A model generated the notes under the pieces. That model saw only the letters and a program-made list of their open reading frames with translations. It had not been told where the DNA came from and made no database searches. Of a DNA stretch of 64,000 nt, positions 1 to 9,417 are shown piece after piece; positions within the stretch are counted from its first letter, which is position 1, and each line of letters begins with the position of its first letter. The stretch covers positions 9,125 through 73,124 of the forward strand of contig JAIXOQ010000006.1 of the NCBI GenBank assembly GCA_027486675.1. Direction: 5' to 3'. Source of the DNA: Pseudomonadota bacterium. GTDB lineage: Bacteria; Bdellovibrionota; UBA1018; CAIMNF01. A program made the translations under genes and the position numbers.

Positions 1-25
1 TAAGTGTTCGACTGTCATTTCAAGT

Positions 26-430
26 ATGACCCAAGGTCGACCAGTACCAGCAAGTGACTGGGTATTTGAATTGCGTGTCCATAGCGGCAACTCAGGAACG
101 CCAACGCCGATAAATTTTAATCTGATTAACCTATTTGCGGATCTAGGCACAAATCCACCGGGCACCATACAGCGGACATATATGGTGTATGAGAAATCCA
201 ATCTATGGGATGATTGGAATTGTTTTGAAAACTTCGGCAACGGAAACCAAAAATATTTCAACGGCTTCTGGCGCCACACAAGCTCGATACCATCACCTTC
301 GGTCGCACATCAGTGTATCTCCGCAGCACCGCTTCCAATCCAAGTTCCATTTTTCCCTCCGGCTGGCTTTAAATATTGGATTCGCACAATCCCTACCGGA
401 CAATGTTATCCGAATAGCAGTCCGATTTGA
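26..430 (+). CDS. hypothetical protein; the reading frame is open to the window start, so the gene may be 5'-truncated
   Basis: ORF track; no stop codon in frame between position 2 and the ATG at 26; no recognisable motif. Confidence 0.3.
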   Translation: MTQGRPVPASDWVFELRVHSGNSGTPTPINFNLINLFADLGTNPPGTIQRTYMVYEKSNLWDDWNCFENFGNGNQKYFNGFWRHTSSIPSPSVAHQCISAAPLPIQVPFFPPAGFKYWIRTIPTGQCYPNSSPI

Positions 431-525
431 TCCCTGTCTGTCTGGACTCGCTCGACAGTAGTTGTGAAAAGGGAGGGGCTGTGGGGGTGTGCCTTTTTGG
501 CCGTTTACCGTACAGTTAAGGACTC

Positions 526-1440
526 ATGCCTTCCCCAACCGTTCTCATGCTTGGAAACTTTGACGGCGTTCACCGTGGACATCAAAAGCTCTACGGCCTT
601 GCTCGTGCTGCTGCAGCCGATCGCAATCTTCCCGTTACAGCGCTGACTTTTCGCCCCCATCCGACTGAGCATTTTAAGCCTGAAAGTAATCTGAAGTTGC
701 TGATGACTTACGACGAAAAAATAGAGTGTTTGGGAAAAATTGGCGTCGATCGGGTTATCGAAATCCCTTTTAACCAAGATTTGGCTTCAGTCAGCGCTCA
801 AGAATTCTATGAGCGCATCCTCAAAAAGGAACTCCGTGCGGAAGTGATTGTGGTGGGGACCGACTTTCGTTTTGGTACGGGTCGGCAAGGCACATCGCAG
901 TTACTGCAAGAGTGGTGTCAGCGCGATGGTTTGCAGCTCATTGTAGCTCCTGAACTCATGGACGGCGGGGCAGCGATTTCAAGTTCCCGCATTCGGTCAT
1001 TACTATTGGCCCACAATGTTGAAGAAGCAGGACGGTTGCTCGGGCGGCCCTTTTTCTACCGGGGGGAAGTGATCCATGGCGATAAGCGTGGCCGCACGAT
1101 TGGATTTCCTACTGCGAATATGCGCTGCGCTGAAAAATTCCCGCTCGCCAATGGTGTGTATGTCACGACCACGCTTTGGCAGGGTGCGTCTTTTCTATCG
1201 GTCACGAACATCGGGACGCGCCCAACATTTGTCGCGGCGAGCGCAGGATCGGGTGAAATTCCAATCCGTGTTGAAACTCATGTGCTCGACCACACAGAAT
1301 TAGAACTTTACGGCGAGCATCTTGAAGTGCAGTTTATAGCCCACCTTCGGGAAGAAAAACGATTCACAGGGGTGAACGAACTCGTGGATCAGATCAGGGC
1401 CGATGTCGCAGCAGCGCGCGGGTTTGTGGGGCAAGGGTAG
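526..1440 (+). CDS. ribF: bifunctional riboflavin kinase / FMN adenylyltransferase
   Basis: N-terminal MLGNFDGVHRGHQ (FAD synthetase HxGH motif) plus a C-terminal riboflavin-kinase region (GDKRGRTIGFPTANM); length 304 aa. Confidence 0.9.
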   Translation: MPSPTVLMLGNFDGVHRGHQKLYGLARAAAADRNLPVTALTFRPHPTEHFKPESNLKLLMTYDEKIECLGKIGVDRVIEIPFNQDLASVSAQEFYERILKKELRAEVIVVGTDFRFGTGRQGTSQLLQEWCQRDGLQLIVAPELMDGGAAISSSRIRSLLLAHNVEEAGRLLGRPFFYRGEVIHGDKRGRTIGFPTANMRCAEKFPLANGVYVTTTLWQGASFLSVTNIGTRPTFVAASAGSGEIPIRVETHVLDHTELELYGEHLEVQFIAHLREEKRFTGVNELVDQIRADVAAARGFVGQG

Positions 1441-1477
1441 ATTTGACCGTAGACTGAGTGCTAATGGATTGGAGTTG

Positions 1478-1507
1478 ACTCCATTTTACTCATGAGTAAA
1501 ATGGAGT
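1478..1507. promoter_or_regulatory. 30-bp perfect palindrome (ACTCCATTTTACTCA|TGAGTAAAATGGAGT) directly upstream of the AAA+ ATPase start; candidate operator or ribF terminator hairpin
   Basis: read directly: the right arm is the exact reverse complement of the left; the imperfect outer extension GGAGTTGACTCC...GGAGTTGTGTCC adds further symmetry. Confidence 0.4.
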
Positions 1508-1508
1508 T

Positions 1509-2645
1509 GTGTCCAAAATGCTCATGCGTTATCTCTCGGCGCCCATTCAGGCAGACCTTCAGAAAAAAATGGTCTTTTTAGGTGGGCCTAGGCAAGTGGG
1601 GAAGACTACGCTCGCACAAGGGTTGATTCATGATTTCTACGACGGCCATCCGGCTTACCTGAATTGGGACAGTGGCCCTGACCGAAAAAAGATCAAAAAC
1701 AGGGAGTGGCCAAACGCAGAACAGCTGATTGTCTTAGATGAAGTCCATAAGGCAAAGACTTGGCGAAACATGGTCAAGGGGTTCTACGATACCTTAAAAA
1801 ATACGCATTCATTTCTGATTACGGGGTCAGCCCGATTGGATCATTTTCGCAAAGGAGGCGATTCCCTTCTTGGGCGCTACCACTACTATCGGCTGCATCC
1901 TTACTCGGTAGCTGAGCTGGGTTACAAGAAGGATTGCTTAAAAAACCTCATGAACTTTGGTGGTTTTCCGGAGCCATATACCGAGGCAGATCCACGGAAT
2001 TTACGACGTTGGCACAATCAGAGGTTAGATCGGCTGATTCGGACGGATCTGAGAGATTGGGAAGATGTAAAGGACATGGAAAAAATTTTCGCTCTTGCGG
2101 AGGAACTGCCCAATCGCGTGGGATCACCTCTGTCTATTGCATCTCTTGCGCGCGATATCGAAGCAGATTTTAAGACGATCAAACGGTGGCTTGGGATCTT
2201 GTCCTCACTTTATTACTCCTTTTCAATCCCGCCTTTTGGGTCAGCGAAGATTCGAGCTGTAAAAAAAGAGCAGAAGCTCTATTTGTGGGACTGGAGCCAG
2301 GTTGAAAGCCCTGGAATTCGATTTGAAAACCTAGTTGCATCCCACCTGCTGAAGTACTGTCACTACCAGGAAGATGTGGAAGGACATCGCATGGAGCTTC
2401 GTTACTTGCGGGACACAGACAAGCGGGAGATTGACTTTGTGGTTCTTAAGAATAAAAAACCGGTCTTTGCGGTTGAATGTAAACACGGTGGGTCATCCGT
2501 ATCCCCTCATTTGTTTTACTTTCGGGATCGAACCGCGATACCTCGGTTTTACCAAGTGCATCTAGGTACTCAGTCTAGGCAAGTAGACGATCAGATATCA
2601 GTGATGCCATTTGAGGCCTTTTCCAAGGAGGTCGGCCTGCAGTAG
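1509..2645 (+). CDS. AAA+ ATPase with a C-terminal PD-(D/E)XK-like domain (DUF4143/COG1373-type)
   Basis: Walker A GGPRQVGKTT; DEVH Walker B; C-terminal REIDFVV...AVECK matches the D...ExK nuclease-fold signature. Confidence 0.75.
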   Translation: MSKMLMRYLSAPIQADLQKKMVFLGGPRQVGKTTLAQGLIHDFYDGHPAYLNWDSGPDRKKIKNREWPNAEQLIVLDEVHKAKTWRNMVKGFYDTLKNTHSFLITGSARLDHFRKGGDSLLGRYHYYRLHPYSVAELGYKKDCLKNLMNFGGFPEPYTEADPRNLRRWHNQRLDRLIRTDLRDWEDVKDMEKIFALAEELPNRVGSPLSIASLARDIEADFKTIKRWLGILSSLYYSFSIPPFGSAKIRAVKKEQKLYLWDWSQVESPGIRFENLVASHLLKYCHYQEDVEGHRMELRYLRDTDKREIDFVVLKNKKPVFAVECKHGGSSVSPHLFYFRDRTAIPRFYQVHLGTQSRQVDDQISVMPFEAFSKEVGLQ

Positions 2646-2679
2646 ACAACACTCCGGAAATGGCGTACAATATCGGAGT

Positions 2680-3864
2680 ATGCTCCGAAGACACTTTAAC
2701 CCCTCAAAAACACAGAGCTTTTTCCTCTTTGGCCCCCGGGGTACTGGTAAGTCAACCCTACTGAGGTCGCTCTTTTTAGATGCGCCAGCCACTCTCTGGA
2801 TCGACCTACTGACCGAAGCAGATGAAGACCGGTATGGGCGGCATCCGGATCAGCTCTCAGAGGTGCTTGCCACCGATCGCTACCGGACTGTTGTCATTGA
2901 TGAGATTCAAAAGGCGCCCAAGTTGCTCGATATCGTTCATCTGGAAATTGAAAAGAGAAAAACACGATTTGCCCTCACGGGTTCGAGTGCGAGGAAGCTT
3001 CGCCGCGCAGGGGCAAACCTGCTTGCCGGACGAGCGATCTCTTACAGTCTGGCGCCTTTGACGCACTTGGAACTCGGGAATCAGTTTGACTTAGATACTG
3101 CGCTTCGGTTTGGCACCTTACCTTCATGTGTTTCATTTTCAAACGAAGAGGAGGTCGGACTCTATCTTCGCTCTTATGTGAAGTCCTATTTGAAAGAAGA
3201 GATCGTGGCAGAGCAGATCGTTCGAAATGTGCGGCCCTTTCAAGATTTCTTAGAAGTTGCCGCCCAAACAAATGGTCAGATCGTAAGCTACGCTAAGATC
3301 GCACGTGATGTAGGAGTGGACGATAAGACCATCGCAAACTACTTCGAGATTCTAGTGGATACTTTAGTTGGATTTCAGCTGCCCCCTTTTCATAGGTCCA
3401 TCCGAAAGCGTCAAAAAATGCAGAGCAAATTCTATTTTTTTGATCCGGGGGTAAAGCGCGCACTGGATCGCACGCTTTCGATTCCTCTTCAGCCAAAAAC
3501 CTTTGCTTTTGGAAAGGCTTTTGAGCACTGGGTCATCTTAGAAGTCCATAGGCTGAATGAATACTCCGGCGTTGATTTCCGCTTCAGCTACATGATGACC
3601 AAAGACGATGCTGAAATTGACCTGATCATTGAGCGCCCCGGACAGCCGGACCTTCTCATCGAGATTAAATCCTCTGATTCACCGCAAGAGACAGAAGTGC
3701 GCGGATTGCAGACCTTTCAAAGTGACTGGGACCGACCCTGCGAGGCCCAGATGTGGTCCAATGACCCTGTGGCAAAAAAAATTGGGGATGTCCTTTGTTT
3801 GCATTGGGTGGAGGGGTTACAGAATCTGTTTCCTACTCTCCCCGCCAAATTCCTAACGCCATGA
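2680..3864 (+). CDS. AAA+ ATPase with a C-terminal PD-(D/E)XK-like domain (DUF4143/COG1373-type), paralog of 16466..17599
   Basis: Walker A FGPRGTGKST; IDEIQ Walker B; C-terminal AEIDLII...LIEIK. The start was moved to the internal Met (MLRRHF) so the gene does not overlap the upstream one. Confidence 0.75.
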   Translation: MLRRHFNPSKTQSFFLFGPRGTGKSTLLRSLFLDAPATLWIDLLTEADEDRYGRHPDQLSEVLATDRYRTVVIDEIQKAPKLLDIVHLEIEKRKTRFALTGSSARKLRRAGANLLAGRAISYSLAPLTHLELGNQFDLDTALRFGTLPSCVSFSNEEEVGLYLRSYVKSYLKEEIVAEQIVRNVRPFQDFLEVAAQTNGQIVSYAKIARDVGVDDKTIANYFEILVDTLVGFQLPPFHRSIRKRQKMQSKFYFFDPGVKRALDRTLSIPLQPKTFAFGKAFEHWVILEVHRLNEYSGVDFRFSYMMTKDDAEIDLIIERPGQPDLLIEIKSSDSPQETEVRGLQTFQSDWDRPCEAQMWSNDPVAKKIGDVLCLHWVEGLQNLFPTLPAKFLTP

Positions 3865-3910
3865 TCCCCACGCTGCAAAGATTCGTTAAAGAGCTTTAAC
3901 ATATAAGGTA

Positions 3911-5608
3911 ATGTCCCGAAAGTTAGTCGATCTCTTACAGAAGGAACGTTTGATCACAGATGCGCAAGCTGTGGAAGCAGGTGCGTTGATCAAGGCCGGT
4001 CAAGATCCGATCCGAAATTTTGTCGATAGAAAAATTATCTCAGAATCAAAGCTCGTATACTTCCTATCGCAGAGATTCTCTTTGCCGAGCATTAATTTAT
4101 CTAAATATGAAATTAAGCCGGAGGTGATCGGACTTGTGAACGGGGATTTGGCCCGTAAATTGAACGCCATTCCGATTCAAACTAACAAGGGCATTTTGGT
4201 TGTCGCGATCACTGATCCAACGCACATGGAAGCCTTAGACGACATTCGCTTTGCAACCAAGATGAACGTCGAAGCAGTCCTGATCACCTACAGTGCCTAT
4301 GACCAGGCCATGATGCGGTATTACGGTGGTACCAGCAGCATCACGAAGGCAGTCGAACAATTTCGAAAAGAGAGCAATACCACAGTTGAAATGGTCGTGG
4401 ATCAATCTCTATCCACCATGCATGAGATCGACACGGGCGGTAATAGTGCTGACGAAGCGCCTGTGATTTCAACCGTGAACGGAATTTTAACGGAGTCTTT
4501 ACGTCGCGGTGCCTCAGATATCCACGTTGAACCCTATGAAAAAGACTTCCGTGTGCGCATGCGTATTGATGGAACCTTGCTGGATGTCTTACACATCCCT
4601 ATGGAAATGCGCCGGGCCGTGATTGCGCGTTTTAAAATTATGTCCCGCATGGATATTTCTGAATCCCGTGTGCCGCAAGACGGACGGATAAAAATCAAGG
4701 TAAGCGGACGTGAAGTGGACTTCCGTGTGAATAGTCTGCCGACATTATTTGGCGAAAAAGTCGTGCTTCGGATTTTATCTAAAGGAAACCTTCAGCTTGA
4801 TCTTCAGAAACTAGGATTTGAACCCAAACAGCTCGAACTCTTTCGTAAGGGTGTCACGCAACCGAGCGGCATGGTCTTAGTCACCGGCCCAACGGGTAGC
4901 GGAAAGACCACCACACTCTATTCGGCGCTCATGGAACTGAATCAAATTGGCGACAACTTAAGTACCGTTGAGGACCCAGTCGAATACAACCTAGAAGGCA
5001 TTAATCAGGTGCAGATCAACAAAGACGTGGGGCTTACATTCGCAAGTGCTCTGAGAGCGCTATTGCGGCAAGATCCGGATTCGATCTTGGTCGGGGAAAT
5101 TCGGGATTATGAAACAGGCGAAGTGGCAGTGCAGGCGGCGCTCACCGGACACTTAGTGTTATCGACACTTCACACCAACGATACAGTTGCAACAATCACA
5201 CGTCTTGTGAACATGGGGATCGAACCGTTTCTAGTCACTGCCTCTGTGAACTCCATCATTGCTCAAAGGTTACTCAGGACCTTATGTAAGAAATGTAAAG
5301 TACCTTCAAGTATTCCTACGGAATTCGCAAAGAAGCTTGCTGCCTTAGATTCAAACGGCAAAGTCTTTAGCCCGAAAGGTTGCAGCGAATGTGCTAACAC
5401 GGGCTACAAGGGCCGGGTTGCGGTCTATGAAGTCTTAGATTTTTCGCAGAACCTAAAAGAAATGGTGCTCGCCAATCGCACAGCAATTGAAATCAAGCGA
5501 ACTGCCATTGAAGAAGGAATGCAGACCCTTCGTACTTCAGCTCTTAAAAAAGCATTGGAAGGTCGTGTCAGCGTTGAAGAGGCAGTCTCAATGACTGCGG
5601 AGGATTAG
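3911..5608 (+). CDS. pilB: type IV pilus assembly ATPase PilB (GspE family)
   Basis: N-terminal GspII_E N-domain; Walker A GPTGSGKTTTLYSAL; C-terminal tetracysteine motif (CKKC...CSEC); 565 aa. Confidence 0.9.
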   Translation: MSRKLVDLLQKERLITDAQAVEAGALIKAGQDPIRNFVDRKIISESKLVYFLSQRFSLPSINLSKYEIKPEVIGLVNGDLARKLNAIPIQTNKGILVVAITDPTHMEALDDIRFATKMNVEAVLITYSAYDQAMMRYYGGTSSITKAVEQFRKESNTTVEMVVDQSLSTMHEIDTGGNSADEAPVISTVNGILTESLRRGASDIHVEPYEKDFRVRMRIDGTLLDVLHIPMEMRRAVIARFKIMSRMDISESRVPQDGRIKIKVSGREVDFRVNSLPTLFGEKVVLRILSKGNLQLDLQKLGFEPKQLELFRKGVTQPSGMVLVTGPTGSGKTTTLYSALMELNQIGDNLSTVEDPVEYNLEGINQVQINKDVGLTFASALRALLRQDPDSILVGEIRDYETGEVAVQAALTGHLVLSTLHTNDTVATITRLVNMGIEPFLVTASVNSIIAQRLLRTLCKKCKVPSSIPTEFAKKLAALDSNGKVFSPKGCSECANTGYKGRVAVYEVLDFSQNLKEMVLANRTAIEIKRTAIEEGMQTLRTSALKKALEGRVSVEEAVSMTAED

Positions 5609-5611
5609 GGT

Positions 5612-6697
5612 ATGAGCAGCACACAAGCCACAGTCAGTAAGCTCACCATGGCGCAGCTTTTGCGCGGGATGCTGGATCAAGATGCCTCAGACTTACACCT
5701 TTCTGTGGATAGCCCGCCACAGTACCGGATCCACGGAAAATTACACCGTACGAAGCTCGGTGGTTTAACCGGAGACGCGATCAAGGAGTTGGTGTACGCG
5801 ATATTAACGGACGCTCAGAAGAAGAACTTCGAAGAGGCGCGGGAACTCGATTTTTCCTTTGGTGTGAAAGATACGGCCCGTTTTCGGGGAAACCTCATGT
5901 TTCAAAAGGGGCATATCTCCGCTGTATTTCGTAAGATCCCAAACAAAATTCCAGATCTTGATTTCTTAGGACTTCCCGACGTCTTAAGAAAAGTTGTGAA
6001 AAATCCAAGCGGGTTATTTTTAGTCACTGGACCCACGGGGAGTGGGAAGTCTACTTCTCTTGCCGCCGTCGTTGATTACGTGAATACGAATGAGAACGGC
6101 CATATTCTAACAGTCGAAGACCCAATCGAATTTGTGCACCCGCATAAAAACTGTGTAGTGAACCAACGGGAGGTGGGGTCAGACTCGCTCACGTTCCAAG
6201 ATGCGTTAAAACACGCATTACGTCAGGACCCGGACTACATTCTGGTCGGGGAACTTAGGGACCTTGAAACCATCGAAATGGCGCTCACTGCTGCTGAAAC
6301 TGGACACTTGGTTTTTGCTACACTGCACACCAACGGTGCCGTTGCTACCATCGCCCGTATAGTGAACGTATTTCCGTCCCACCAACAGCCTCAGGTGAGG
6401 CAGCTTCTTGCTTCCGTGTTGCAATGCGTCTTGACCCAGCAGCTGGTTCCAAACAGTGAAGGTGGCGGTCGAGCGCTTGCGCTTGAACTCATGATCCCTA
6501 ATATGGCGATTCGTAACCTGATCCGTGAAGACAAGTTACACCAGATCTACAGTGTTCTTCAAAGCGGACAAGGTGGAAGTGGAATGACCACCATGAATCA
6601 AAGTCTCTTTGCCCACGTGAAGTCAGGTAAGCTAACGAAGGGCGATGCGTTGGGATATTCCACCATCCCTGAAGAACTTCAAAAAATGTTAGGCTAA
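5612..6697 (+). CDS. pilT: twitching-motility retraction ATPase PilT
   Basis: Walker A GPTGSGKSTSLAAVVDY; the HTNGAVATIARIVN-type His box of PilT/PilU; 361 aa; follows pilB with a 3-nt gap. Confidence 0.9.
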   Translation: MSSTQATVSKLTMAQLLRGMLDQDASDLHLSVDSPPQYRIHGKLHRTKLGGLTGDAIKELVYAILTDAQKKNFEEARELDFSFGVKDTARFRGNLMFQKGHISAVFRKIPNKIPDLDFLGLPDVLRKVVKNPSGLFLVTGPTGSGKSTSLAAVVDYVNTNENGHILTVEDPIEFVHPHKNCVVNQREVGSDSLTFQDALKHALRQDPDYILVGELRDLETIEMALTAAETGHLVFATLHTNGAVATIARIVNVFPSHQQPQVRQLLASVLQCVLTQQLVPNSEGGGRALALELMIPNMAIRNLIREDKLHQIYSVLQSGQGGSGMTTMNQSLFAHVKSGKLTKGDALGYSTIPEELQKMLG

Positions 6698-6711
6698 GGC
6701 AGAACTAAAAG

Positions 6712-7938
6712 ATGGCTGACTTTCGTTACATCGCAGCCGACAGAAGCGGCAAAAAAGTGGAAGGCAAGCTCAGCGTCACGAACGAAGGCGAGCTGCGTAT
6801 GGTGCTGCGCGGCCAAGGGCTTAGGCCGCTTAAGATTCAAAAAGCCGGAATCGCAGAGCAAGACATAGGCGCTATGATTTCAGGCGCGCTCGGGATGGGT
6901 AAGGGTGTACCGGCGGATCGTCTGCTTAACTTTTTTAGACAGCTTCAAACGATGATCAATGCCGGCGTGCCGATTCTTCAGGCACTTGAAATTCAGTCGG
7001 AACAAGAGGCTCATCCGCAGCTTAAGAAAATCCTGATCAATTCCAGGGAACGCGTCAAAGAGGGAAAATTCTTGTGGGAGAGTTTCCTCAACTATCCCGA
7101 AGCTTTTGAACGGGTTGTTGTGGCGATGATTCAAGCCGGTGAAACCACCGGGACCTTAGACATCATGTTAAAACGTATCGGTAAATACATGGAAAACTCG
7201 TATCGCCTCAAGCGGCTGATTAAGACTTCCATGTACTATCCGATCGGTGTGCTGTCTCTTTCTTTTGTGATTGTTGCGGGCTTGCTGACTTGGGTTATTC
7301 CTCAGTTTGCATCGATGTTAACGCAGAATGGTCAGGCGCTGCCATGGATCACTTGGTTCATGATGAAGTTGTCCGAGGAGTTTCGGAAAAACTGGTACCT
7401 CATCTTCGCAGGCATGATTGGCGTGGCACTTTTGATCCGCGCCTATGTCAAAACCGAAGGTGGCAGAATTGCAGTTCAGCGTCTGGCGTTAAAGCTTCCA
7501 CTCTTTGGTAGCCTCATTCAAAAAACGGGTGTCGCACGTTTTTGTCGCACGATTTCAACACTGCTCAGTTCAGGGGTGCCGGTCTTAGACGCGCTTGATA
7601 TTACCCGTCGCGCTGCGGGATCGATTGTGTTTGAAGAGGCGATCCGGGACATGCGAAAGAGAGTAGAGATGGGGCAGACCTTTGGGACGGCCATTTCGTC
7701 GCATCCGATTTTCCCACGCATGGTGACCCAGATGATTGTGGTGGGTGAAAGTACCGGAAATTTGGATAAAATGACTGAAAAAGTAGCGGACTTTTACGAA
7801 GAAGAAGTGGAAACCACAGTGACGGGTATGACTAAACTCATCGAACCCTTTTTGATTGTCTTTATCGGTGGAATGATCGCAACCGTGATGATCGCTATGT
7901 ATCTTCCAATCTTCATGGCAGCCGGCGGTGCAACCTGA
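6712..7938 (+). CDS. pilC: type IV pilus inner-membrane platform protein PilC (GspF family)
   Basis: two repeated GspF domains with predicted TM segments; 408 aa; immediately downstream of pilB and pilT. Confidence 0.9.
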   Translation: MADFRYIAADRSGKKVEGKLSVTNEGELRMVLRGQGLRPLKIQKAGIAEQDIGAMISGALGMGKGVPADRLLNFFRQLQTMINAGVPILQALEIQSEQEAHPQLKKILINSRERVKEGKFLWESFLNYPEAFERVVVAMIQAGETTGTLDIMLKRIGKYMENSYRLKRLIKTSMYYPIGVLSLSFVIVAGLLTWVIPQFASMLTQNGQALPWITWFMMKLSEEFRKNWYLIFAGMIGVALLIRAYVKTEGGRIAVQRLALKLPLFGSLIQKTGVARFCRTISTLLSSGVPVLDALDITRRAAGSIVFEEAIRDMRKRVEMGQTFGTAISSHPIFPRMVTQMIVVGESTGNLDKMTEKVADFYEEEVETTVTGMTKLIEPFLIVFIGGMIATVMIAMYLPIFMAAGGAT

Positions 7939-7991
7939 GCCAGCCAAAACTTTCTCGTCCCATCTTAGGGGATTCTGAACCGGTCACGACC

Positions 7992-8879
7992 ATGGTGAAA
8001 CTCATAGAACGGGTCGCGCCTTCACTCACCAATGTCCTGGTCTTAGGTGAAAGTGGAACGGGCAAAGAGTTAGTCGCCCGAGCATTGCATGAACTGAGTC
8101 CCGCTTCTTCCCACGCTTTTATCGCGGTCAACTGTGGGGCCATCCCAGAAACCCTCATTGAGAGCGAGCTTTTCGGACACAAGAAGGGATCATTCACAGG
8201 TGCTGTTGCTGATAAGCCAGGGCTCTTTGAAGCAGCAGACGGTGGCACGCTTTTCTTAGATGAAATTGGGGAGCTTCCGCTTTCCATGCAGGTGAAGTTG
8301 CTCCGTGCACTTCAGGATCGATCGGTGAGGCGCGTTGGGGAGAACCGCGACGTCAAAGTGACTGCTCGCATTGTTGCTGCTACAAACAGAGATTTAGAAG
8401 AAGGTGTGCGGCGCGGTACATTCCGCGAAGATCTGTATTTTAGGTTGAATGTTATTCAAATTGAGACCCCCCCACTTCGGGCACGCGGCACTGATATTGA
8501 GGCGCTTGCGCAGATCTTTTTAGATCGCATGGGAAAAAAGTTATCGCGGAAGTTTGAAGGATTTACCGCAGAGGCTCTCAATGTTTTGCGCACTCATCGC
8601 TGGCCCGGAAACATCCGTGAATTAGAAAACGTGGTGGAGCGCGCCGCAACTTTAGAAACTGAGGCTTGGATCACGCCTCTCACGTTCCCGCCCGAGGTGG
8701 TGAAGGCTGCGGCCCAGTCGGGAAAAGAAGTGGGCGTGCTGACTTTGAAGGCAGACTTTTCTTTAGGGCAGGTGGATCTCTCGGCCGTGATGAAGAACGT
8801 GCGTGCGTTCTATGAACGTGAGGCGCTGATCGTGACTTTAGGGGATGAAGTGAAGGCGAAGGTCCTGATTCGGGAGTGA
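7992..8879 (+). CDS. sigma-54-dependent transcriptional activator lacking a receiver domain; the C-terminal HTH looks truncated or degenerate
   Basis: Walker A GESGTGKE 19 aa after the Met; GSFTGA (GAFTGA-type) loop; WPGNIRELEN; an in-frame stop at 7833-7835 inside pilC excludes an N-terminal REC domain; the protein ends ...EREALIVTLGDEVKAKVLIRE without a Fis-type recognition helix. Confidence 0.75.
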   Translation: MVKLIERVAPSLTNVLVLGESGTGKELVARALHELSPASSHAFIAVNCGAIPETLIESELFGHKKGSFTGAVADKPGLFEAADGGTLFLDEIGELPLSMQVKLLRALQDRSVRRVGENRDVKVTARIVAATNRDLEEGVRRGTFREDLYFRLNVIQIETPPLRARGTDIEALAQIFLDRMGKKLSRKFEGFTAEALNVLRTHRWPGNIRELENVVERAATLETEAWITPLTFPPEVVKAAAQSGKEVGVLTLKADFSLGQVDLSAVMKNVRAFYEREALIVTLGDEVKAKVLIRE

Positions 8880-8895
8880 GGTTTCATAGGGATGG

Positions 8896-9405
8896 TTATG
8901 CCTCCATCAGCTCTTCAAGAAAAAACTGAGTTTTTGCCGGAATCTTTGCCTTTGGAAAGTACCCTTCGATCAATTTAAAAACAACTGAAGCATCCTTGAT
9001 CTGAAGGTGTCGAATGAGAAATTGCACGTCATCCTTGTCGTGGCTATCCCAACGAGCGCTGAGGCACTTCATGGCCAGCATGTATCTGGGTTCCGGCGCC
9101 CAAACTCTAAGATGCGAGAGCTCGAGAACGGATTCTTTTTGGAACTCACCTTGGATGAACACCTTTGCAGCATCATTCAGCCAGTCGGGTGCAAGCTGAT
9201 GCGCTTCTCCTATTTCTGCAACAAACTTTCTGATCAATGCAGTGGGCGCAAAAATCGCATCCACATCTTTGGTCGCGTCCCTGGCTTGGTAGACTAAACA
9301 CATCACGGCACCGCCTACGATGCCGACCTCGCCTCGATCCTGATTTTGCCGGAGTTTTTCGTTGAGCTCAAAAAACAGATCTTTGATTTGCGTCGCTTTT
9401 AGCAT
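8896..9405 (-). CDS. nucleotidyltransferase of the AbiEii / DUF1814-like fold (short form); putative toxin
   Basis: GIVGGAVMCLVYQARDATKDVDAIF matches the GG[TA]A..L.Y...R.[ST].D[LV]D NTase motif of AbiEii-family toxins; 169 aa. Confidence 0.5.
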   Translation of the reverse strand: MLKATQIKDLFFELNEKLRQNQDRGEVGIVGGAVMCLVYQARDATKDVDAIFAPTALIRKFVAEIGEAHQLAPDWLNDAAKVFIQGEFQKESVLELSHLRVWAPEPRYMLAMKCLSARWDSHDKDDVQFLIRHLQIKDASVVFKLIEGYFPKAKIPAKTQFFLEELMEA

Positions 9406-9417
9406 GGGTCTCCATTG

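Noticed and set aside
431-525. FMN riboswitch upstream of ribF
   Set aside because: No conserved RFN-element features were visible in the 95-nt leader, and ribF is not normally riboswitch-controlled.
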